Shown here piece by piece: positions 54,601-64,000 of a stretch of 64,000 nt of DNA. Positions within the stretch are counted from its first letter, which is position 1. The number at the start of each line of letters is the position of its first letter. The stretch is taken from positions 34,100,001 through 34,164,000 of the forward strand of contig CM114271.1 of assembly GCA_050084515.1 (NCBI GenBank), given 5' to 3'. This stretch comes from Blasia pusilla. Its lineage: Eukaryota. The notes beneath the pieces are model-generated. The model was not told the DNA's origin, made no database searches, and saw only the letters and a program-made list of their open reading frames with translations. The position numbers and the translations under genes were made by a program.

Positions 54601-55947
54601 TAGTAATTTTGCCAGATTGACCATAACTTTTTGCTCGCAACTCTAAATTGCACACCGTCTATTGCACACGCGTACAACTTCACGATCTACAACGACATCA
54701 AAAAATATTTTCACGGTTGACCATCGATTGTGATGGTTGATGGTGAATATGACGGCGACAGCCGAAGGCGGCGCGGCGGCTGGTTTAGGGTTTGAACAAT
54801 TTAACCCTAAAAATCGCCTAACAATGGCAATTTTGCAAGATTGACCATAAGTTTTTGCTCGCAACTCTAAATTTCACACCATCTATTGCACATGTGTACA
54901 ACTTCACGATCTACGACGACATCAAAAAATATTTTGAATCGAACATTCCAATAAAAAGTGAGGGGGATTGTTGTACAGCCCAATGTCTCTTTCTCCTACA
55001 CAAAATTCGGCAGCGCTTCCGCGCTGATTTCTCCCAAAAAAATGTAAAACCTATGAGAACACAAATCAACATGCTACATGGTACTCCCGAGAGCACTCGC
55101 ATGGAGCAACCCGCCCCCATACTCAATTCCTATCAAAAATTGGGCAGCGCTTCCGCGTGCCACTCTCCCGTACAAAAAATCAGCAAAGAAAAACAGCAAA
55201 CTCGCACGACTCTTGCTCCGGTGAGCACTCCCATGAGCCATAAAGCGGGGAACACTGTCCCCCAACCTGCACCGAACATCGAGCAACGAGCGAGCTCCCC
55301 CATGAAGCTCTCTCACGCAGTCATTCTCTCTTTGTAAAATAAGATCCAATCTTGCTCACAACATCATACTTCTCACATGTGTGCACTCTCACATGTCTCT
55401 CTTAATGTCAAACCAAACCCACTCTCTTGATGAAAGGCTTGGGTTACACTCACAAGGAAAGGGACCATAGCTCTGCCGCCTCGTGCCAAGAGGTTCAACA
55501 AAGAGAGAATGAGCTCTCAAGCTCTCTCTCCTTGAGGTATACCCCTCCCCTCTCCCAAGCTCTCTCCATGGTAACCTATGCTCCTAAGTCACCTTCTTGG
55601 CTCTTGACTTGATGTAGGAGGTCAAAGACCACTTACCAAAACTAGAAAGTCGACCATATACTCAAAATGGTACTTGCCTAAAATAGTAGGTTCCTCAATA
55701 TGGCTCTAAATGAGCAGAAACGAAGGGGAAACATGCTCTCTCAGGTTTCCCGAGGCCTTAGTAGGTCATCCTCAACCTCCTGAGTTTGTCTTCCACTACT
55801 CGTGAAGGCGCTCTACTTGATCTCATCGATCTATCCTAAAAGACGTGATATCTAATCAATCTTCATGAGAGCTCTACATGCAAGTAAGCACCTTCTCCAC
55901 TTAAAACCCCATTTTCTCGATAAATTAAAAGGCTTTCATAGATGACA
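51650..55947 (-). mobile_element. 5' half of a third Ty3-type relative (LTR A, leader, internally deleted gag, protease), truncated just before the DNMT position
   Basis: GPHRFSGAIGTIELHDFIGEFRSWCD, VELDPQRGEA, HVFLDSGAQPLMLGKA, AESYDVLVGGAMLYPMGF and AAFSSAITWPSDL are all homologous to family 1. The LTR-like segment 55333-55947 starts TGTCA and ends TTACA on the minus strand, and shares GAGTGGGTTTGG with repeat A. Confidence 0.8.
54489..54935. repeat. Two tandem ~224-bp units containing TTTAGGG...CCCTAAA
   Basis: Units start ACGGTTGACCATCGATT at 54489 and 54713 and are highly similar throughout. Confidence 0.9.
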
Positions 55948-57130
55948 AGCTCTAATTTACTTCCAATAACATATGTCATTTGTAGTTTATTAGACAATAG
56001 TCCACGAGCGCGTTTAATTCTAGTTGCTATGCTTATTGTATGGGATGAAGTATCTATGAGTCATCGCTATACATTTGAGGCAGTAAATCGTACTTTTCAA
56101 GATATTATGGGGTGGTCTCTCTTGAATTACAGCAAGTACCATTCGGTGGCAAACTCATTACATTTGGTAGTGACTTTCTTCAAGCATTACCTATTGTTTG
56201 TTATGGGGATCATCCACAAATTATCCAAGCGAGTATAAAGAGGTCATCTCTATGGTCTTATATAAAAGTGATGAAGTTAACGACAAACATGTGAGTACAA
56301 ATGTTAGAAGCTTATTTGCGTGGTGACCAACAAGCTTTTACTAATTGGTTATTGGAGGTGAGAGAGGATCGTGTACCTTTGCACCCTCATTTTGGGAATG
56401 ACTTTATACGATTACCATCAAGAATGGTTACTAAAAGTCAAAAGATGATGCCATCTATGGAAATTCAAAGTCAATTCCATAATATTGACTTCTTTAGAGA
56501 TACGGTTATTCTAATACCAAGAATCAAAGATGTTGACGATATAAATGCAGATCTCATGTCTCGATTTCTTGAAGAGGTGCTAGTTATTTCGCATTTATCC
56601 TTTCTTATTTCCACATGATTTCATTAATCATTTAATAAAGTATTCTTACCATTCTCCTCTTTTATTGTTTACATGAGCATTTATATTTCATCGTTGACTC
56701 TATTCCAAACAAGGGGATGATTTATACATCTCTCACAGAATTTTGAACACATGCTTGTCTTTTGGACTACCTCCATATTGTTTGTGTTTGACGATTGGTG
56801 CATCAATCATACTTTTACGAGACATGAATGGATCACAAGGAAAAGCGAAGGGGACAAGATTAATGATTTTTGGATTATGCAAAATTGCATAAATGCTGAA
56901 ATCATCATAGAAAAGAATATTTGAGATTGAGTTTTTATTTCAAATATCTCATTGATTGCATTTAAATATGATTTTCCATTTAATCTAGGTAAATTTCAAT
57001 CCCCTATTCATCCAACTTTCCAAATGACTAGTAATAAATTTCAAATTCAAACTCTAGAAACCGTAGAAATTTAGTTGCCTACTTCAATTTTCTCTAATGA
57101 TCCATCATATGCAACATTATCTAAAATAAT
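55948..57130 (+). pseudogene. Helitron PIF1-type helicase relic
   Basis: LIVWDEVSMSHRYTFEAVNRTFQDIM, PFGGKLITFGSDFLQALP, LWSYIKVMKLTTNM, AFTNWLLEV, IGASIILLRDMN...GTRL, and decayed TxNKxQxQTL. The 5' part is cut at the LTR boundary 55947. Confidence 0.88.
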
Positions 57131-60100
57131 GAAAAAAAATTCCACTTTCATCCGAGAACATTAAAATAAGAAAGGTCCTTATTTGAATAAGTATTTCCTT
57201 ATACAATTGAAATAAAACATTTCAAATTTGTTTTAATAACTCATATTATTGGCACGGGTATTTTATTAGTATTTTCGATACATGAAGTGTATCGAAATGA
57301 ATAATAAGATGAGCACTTTTGTAGTTCGTTCCATGTGACGACTTTGATGCCAACTCTCCATTTCTCGTCGATTCTCAGAATGTCGTTCCTAAAGCTGAAG
57401 GTAACCTCTTGAATCAGAGGCTTTTCCAAACTTGCTCGTCGATTATCCGTTCGTCGGGGCTAAATCTGAAGGCAGTTTCTTGAATCTGAGGCTTTTCTAG
57501 AATTGTTCTCGTCTGTTCATTTCTCGTCGACGTTCAGTCTGTCACCAATGAAGCTTATCTGTTCATGTCTGCCACTCTCGCACGCACTGGGCCGCATTCG
57601 GCATGACCCTGCATTCTCTCAGATACTCAAGAATGGCGAGAGAATTTCAGATGTTGTTCTGTTCTTTAGTTCAAGAACAGATTAGCCTCAACGTGAATTC
57701 CCACCACGGCGTGTGAATCTGTGTCATACGGGAGATGTAGGCTTTCAGAGTGCGAACTCTGCTTGCTACTGATCCAATTCTGAGATCAGCTCTTCCTCAA
57801 ACCTCCAAATTAGAGATCTCTGGCAGGAAATCCGAAGGGGATGAAACCTTACATCCTGAAGAACGGGATGTCTCAGATGGTCTTTGGTCGACAATCGGAT
57901 ATGAATGTGATGATGTTCAACAGTTGGGATACAAAAGATGTAAAGATTTATCCTTCAATCACCCCCTTTTCTCACTTGACCAAGCTTCTCAATTGCGAGA
58001 CCCTCCACTCAACCTCCACATGTCCTGCAGAAAGCTTGAAGCGGATGGAAGCCAAGCGTGACTTACCAGGTTGATGAAGGAGTGAATTTCTGACTCGTAA
58101 ACTCCATGACTGAATCGCAACTCGAAGATCTTCCAGAGGCGATGGGAAAATGGCACGCGAACTAGCCACTACAACCACACAGCAACGTTATACATCCTTG
58201 AGATTTTGAATGCATCTCTCACCTCGAATCCAGGTGTTCAAATAGTCACCAAAGAATTCCCCTGAAGCTTCAATCTCTGCAGGTAACGAGGCGATGTGGA
58301 GACGGTGAAAATTTCAAGGGAAACCAACAAAAGGTAATCAGTTCTTGGTCGAGTTTATTACAAGGGTGTGGAATCGGATGCAAGGCCAGACGAAGAGAAG
58401 TAGTCAAATAAATGGATGGCTGAAGTCTTAGGTCAGGCGTGCAAACAGCAATGAATATAATCCACAGCGCAAGAGAATAGGAGCTTTTGTCGATGAAGGC
58501 CAGTGGCTCCAGCATGGCAAGAGGTGACTTCTCTTTCTCCAATCAACTTCATGAAACTCTTTACCACTGAACACGACAGTGAAGGGGGGAATCTTGACCA
58601 AGAAACACGTCCCCAGCGAGACACTGACCTCGCACCCCACCTGTAGATGTATACATGCCTCTCTCATTTAGAATTCCAATTACCTTCCCCCTCCCTCGTC
58701 TAAGATCTGTATCAGATTGAACTCGCCATGTAGATCCGCTGCAAGGGTAAGGGAGTGATTGGTCGAGTCCTTCCGCAGGGATCGCGGAATTTCATGAAAC
58801 GAAGACTCAATCAGCCAGTCGGTAGAAAGGTGCAGGACTCGAGTTTGACCTCATTGGCATGGGCAGATTGCTGTCCTCGCAGAATTGCAGGACAGACCCT
58901 GGGAGAGGTAAAGGAGAACACTCAATGCCCAGCCAGGCCAGGCCTGTGCAAGCGGACCAGGCCTGTGCAAGCGGACAGTCCCATAGCTGTAAGTGAATTG
59001 GAACGACACTGTCAACGTAATGATCGGGACGCAAGCATGGGCCACATTTCGCAAAGAGATGAGGGTGAGGTAAGACAATGTCATGCTCTTTCTGAATTCA
59101 TTGACTTAGTCTACTGCTGCTCAGTCATGATAACCCATTACACTTGGACATCGCACTTTCTGAAATCCTCCCGTCCCCCATTTGCCGTCTTGACAGGAAA
59201 AGATGATGGCGCACATAGCGAGCGAGTCGAGCTGAAAGGCAACAGGAGCTGGCTGGCCTGGCATGATGAAACGAGGCAGCGGTGGCGCACTTGCAGCAGC
59301 CTGCCCGGGATCCACTTCGTCAACTGACGCTTTCAATGTCCGCGTACCCTGCACTAATTGCTGGGGACGGAGTGTGCACTTCATGGTGTAATTTCGTGGA
59401 GGCTGGGCCCCGCGGAGCTTTCGGAAGGGGAAGAGAATCCCAACCTTCTTAGCTTGAGATTCCGTGGTTGGAAGAGGAGTGTGTGGGGGGGTTTCATCTA
59501 TACATCGGTAAGCTTGCCTTTGCTTCGGTGAGAAAGTAGGAATCTGTCAGTGGAATGCACCGAGACTCCAGAGTGGTTGGCTGGGAAGCAAGTCATCGGA
59601 ATCACGCTACGCACAGATAGACAAGCCCGTCACGTCCAACTTGGACTCGAGTTTATCCAAATCCAAGTTGTCGAAATCACCTAAATTCAAGTTACCGCTG
59701 GAAAGTGCTGAGTTCGATTGCTGTGGCAGAGGGAGGAGCGAGGACCTTCGCGGTAGACTCATGCAGTTCCACGATTGGAGACCCATGTGGGCATGGCGGT
59801 CAGTTCCACCAATTCAGGGCTGGGAATCCGCGGGTACGAAGAATCGAAGGGGAAATGCTGTGGTGGATGCCCTCTGTCCGGTGGATTGGTCTCGCAGTTG
59901 TGGGGAGGGCTCAGCTTTCGTGTGGCAGTTAGTGGGGCGAGAAGGAATCACGATTCACGACTGCCCTTTCCCCTTCAGGCGGACTTCGTACTTGGGCTGA
60001 TGCAGCAGTTCCAAATTTATCCAGGAGACGACGAACTTCTGGAATCTGGGCCGAATCGTTCGGAGAGAAGACGAGAGGAGAGCATCACGAATGACGAAGG

Positions 60101-63100
60101 AACATACGTCTCACTGCCTTGGTGCCATGGCTTCTCGGTGAGCAATCCGGGAACTTCATCGAGGTTCTAGCATGCGGCAGGGACCCCAGAGCTTCGGAAA
60201 AACGGATACATACTGCGGGGGTTCGGATCTGAGCAGCTCTTGGAGGATCAATCGAGGATTAAGCGAGCGGGGCAAACCAGATGAGTGAAGATTTGCCTCC
60301 AAGCTTTTTCTGTTGCTGGAGGTGAGCTCTCGTCCTGGAAGCACGTAAGTTCTACAGTGAATCCCAACGGTTCGACCCGGACGGCAGATCGGAGAAGAAA
60401 CACGGTGTGCCGCGCGAATTGTCAGGGGTTGGAGGCGTAGCAGATGGCTACCGATTTCACTCCGCTCTTGTTTGGGTGGAAGCGAGAGACCACTGCCACC
60501 CCTTTCGGGACGCACGCAATTCCATGATTCCGACCCCCTTGGGCCCAACCGCTGGCGCAGAGATTCAGAGGAATCAGATATTCAGAACTCAGACAGAAAT
60601 CCCGTAGTCATCTTCTGTTAGCGCAGTTGTAGCTAGGCAGCTAGCCGCCTACTTTCGGCCTTGAGCACTCAACCCCAAACGTAGGCAGTTCCGTTCCTCG
60701 CAGGCCTGTTCTCATCCTCAATCTCTGAGCAGGAGAGCGGATAACAAGCATGAATGGATGGTGGGTGTTTGGCAGCAGTAGCGGAAGGAGGAAGGTCCAT
60801 GATCCATGAGCAAAGGAAACTAGCGAGAGAGCGAGTTGGAAAGAGGACAAGAGGGCGTGGGAATCATACCACTGACAGAAAAGACACTCGAATGTGACGC
60901 TGCACTGCTGTTCTCCTTCCTGAACACGTTTTCGGTGTTGCAAGACAGGAATTCTTTTCAGTACCCGAACATATACGCATGCATCCCTCTGTCGTCTGTC
61001 CGTGACAGTCCGTCTGTCTGTACACCACCACCACTCTCTCTTCTCTCTATCTCCCTCACCGTCCTGACGTGCTGCTGTTTCTGGACTATCTGGAGTCAGG
61101 AATCCTGGCAGGAGGGTTGACTCTGCTCTCCACCATGGCAGCTGAATCACAAAAGCGGAACGAGGCAGTTCATTCATTCTCTTCCTTCTCTCCGAGTTAG
61201 TTGACTAACGTTTCCACCTCCCGAGCCCGTTTCCATAGTCTATACCCGCAGCGAGCGAGCGACAACACCACACTCGACAAACAACCTAGCCCCAGCGCAC
61301 ATCGCCGTGCGAACAGACCGACACACAGACAGACGGCGACAATTTGCAGCATTTGCGCTCCACCTCCACATCAAAATAGATAGACAGCTCCAGGCGTACC
61401 TACGGCGTATTTCTATGCGTTTGCCTGATTACCGTTGAGCGATTTCTACTCGAAGCACGAGCGATGGAGAATGCGCCATTACATACAGTCCACCGGTAAA
61501 TCCACTCACGAGCCTCCCTCGCGAAGAGGGAGTCCCTCCGTCCCTCGCGGCCCCGCCCTCTCGCTCGCTCGCCCGTCCTCTTCTGTCAGTGCTCGCTCTT
61601 CTACCGAGTGCTCCAGCAGTTCCGCTGCCATCCACATCCTTCGGACCGTCGGACACCCGGGGCTTAACGCGCCAGTATTAAAACTAATAAAACTAATTAG
61701 TTATTGCCACTACGACGGTCTAAATATAAGCAACTATTTATGGGCAAATTTTCTCATGTTGGGCACGGCTCGTTCTTTGTTTCGTCTACAGGAAGATCCC
61801 ACAGTCCCCACGGACAGATGGACAGTTCGCAGCCATACGCTTGTCCCCGGCGCGACGTCACGGTGAAAGGGGTTCCCGGCGGCGTCGACGGCGGCCAGAC
61901 GTCTCGGTTTCTTTCCAGGGGTCAGGGTTCCCGACGGCGCGACTGTATACTGTAGCGTCAGTACTAGTGGCGAATTGTAAGACGGTGTCTCCTTCGCCGG
62001 CTTCCCAGAGAATGTCTCGGAGGAAGAGGGTATTCGCGATACGTTACCGGCATTTTAGTTTCCGAACTATATTATTAATATTTTCAGTTGTTTCTATTGA
62101 ATTATGTCCTTATGAAATCTACTTGGATGTAGCCATATTTCATCCATCCACGGACATCTTGGGAAAGGAGAGAGACCTGATGACCACTTTGGTAGAGGGG
62201 AGGGTTTAGGGTACTATACATGTACCAAAAATTAAATGAGAGCTACATGGGTAAATTAGTCCTCCTAAGTCCCTGGTTTAATGATCATAGGTATCACGTA
62301 AAGGAATGGGTTGGGGGCAAATCAGTCATGCGAAATCCATGGTTTAATGATGATAGATCTCACTTAAGCAATGGGTTGGAAATATTTATGAAAGCAAAAT
62401 AGTTATGGTGATGCATAAGGAGGCGTTAAAGGTTGAGACTCCCATATCTTACTAGTGTGATCTTATACGGTAGTAGTTGTATGATCAGCCTTTACTTTTA
62501 AGGTGTGCTTCTAAGTAGTCGGTAGTTGAGTGGGAATATTCATGATTTTAGGGTTAGGGCATGTTTCCCATCGCTTTAAAGGGGTATTTTTCTCATATCT
62601 TTAAGGGAGCGTATGGTATAGAGATAGGGGGCATTTAAGGTGAAGTTTAAAGAGTTGTTATTTCAAGAAAAAAATGGATGTTTGTCCCGTTTTCATCATC
62701 TCTTTCCAAATATTTTAGAGAGTTCTAACGTGAGCATTCATTTCCAAAACCGCACGGGCATGAGTTTTTTTATCCTTCCGTCACTTGTTTCATCCATAAC
62801 CGCATGGGCATGAGTTTAAGGGGCTCTAGTCACTTCATATATTTCTGCTAAGAAACATCTGAAGTGATGAAGAAATTTATGCGACCCCTTTTTGCATTCA
62901 AATAGTTTCCAAATCCTAACCTTTAAATATAGTTCATGTCAAATTTGTGCCACCGTATGCTCTCTCCTCCTCTAACCCTACCTACCTTTAAGGAATGTTT
63001 TAGTGACCTTCATATATATTGCTTGGAGGCTGCTCTTATAATGGACACTAGTTAGGAAAACTAGTTCGGAGCTGCAAGGGATCGTGAGATGCATGGCACG

Positions 63101-64000
63101 ATGATTAATAAATTCACTCTCTTTACCAATTATCAGACCCTGTTAAGATGAAAATTTTATTTTTGAGAGAATTTTAGTGACAAGTGTCAAATAGAGGAGC
63201 AGCTTAAAAAACTGCATCCACCAATTAATATATAGATACACTGTCACACTCAACTTTTGAAACATCGCGGAAATGTTCATTGTTTGAAGCATAAGAGGAC
63301 TAAAAAAATTGTGGTGGAGCTTGTTAAATAACGTTGTGGTTACATAGCTACAACCTTTACAGTAATTTTGACAAGATAAGCTAGTTTCACATGAAAAAAA
63401 GGTCTTTCAAAACTGCAATAAGAGAAAAAAAAAACCCCTAAAATGGAAAGTTCTCATACGGTGCGGTGTAATTAGTTTAAGTCAGATGTATCTTCTCACA
63501 CAAGAAATAGGGATCCTTTCACCCCCACTTTCAAAAGGCTGAGATTTTCGATAAAAATCTGGCCACAATAAAGAGCGCAGATTCCTTTTTCTCGTTCTGA
63601 TTCCCGAACGTAGCGAGTGAGCATACTTTATTGACTGGGAACCATAATTGTGGAATAGTCAACAATGGGGCAATAAGAAGTGCATCGTCGTCCCCCCACC
63701 CCAACGATCTTTCGAGCAATGGGGCAACGGAGCAGCGATTTTGGGCGGGGATGGCGAGAGGCATGGACGGGGACGGCGGGAGGAAGGACGGAGGGCGTAG
63801 GGGACGAAAAGAGATGTGCTACATGTCGAAACGGAGAGCGTGACGAGAGCTTCGTTTTGATCCGGACCTTGCTGCATGGCGTGAAGTATTTTTATTTTTA
63901 TTCATCTTTTTAGAATTCGGTTCATATTAGGGTTCCAAATGTGAATATTAGGGCTTAGCTTATTGTCATTTGGAGAAATTTCCCAAGGTAACGTCCTCTA

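Noticed and set aside
61570-61605. miR156/529-like TGACAGAAGAG on the minus strand
   Set aside because: Only 11 nt match, and no precursor hairpin is evident.

Overview
Eukaryotic land-plant DNA, probably bryophyte-like (inferred from gene and TE content). The window holds one intact multi-exon EFR3/SRL2-like gene (3.6-11.6 kb) followed by nested TEs: a LINE relic with a hAT inserted, Helitron pieces, and several Ty3/Gypsy-type retrotransposons. The standout is a near-complete Ty3-type element at 34132-43950. It encodes gag-PR-[C5 cytosine DNA methyltransferase]-RT-RH-DDE integrase-[PHD finger]. Its ends are not two ordinary LTRs but a split arrangement A-internal-B-A-B. This is the structure expected if a 2-LTR circle is opened at an internal palindrome (GACA-GC-TGTC) inside the LTR. 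The element also has a Tf1-like self-priming PBS. Divergent relatives in the same window independently repeat each feature: DNMT plus PHD at 15-24 kb, a B-A-B end with a GACA-NN-TGTC junction at 50.5-51.2 kb, and self-priming geometry at 55.3-55.9 kb. This suggests a lineage-level system rather than an accident. All analysis was by eye; no database searches were run, so novelty is unverified.
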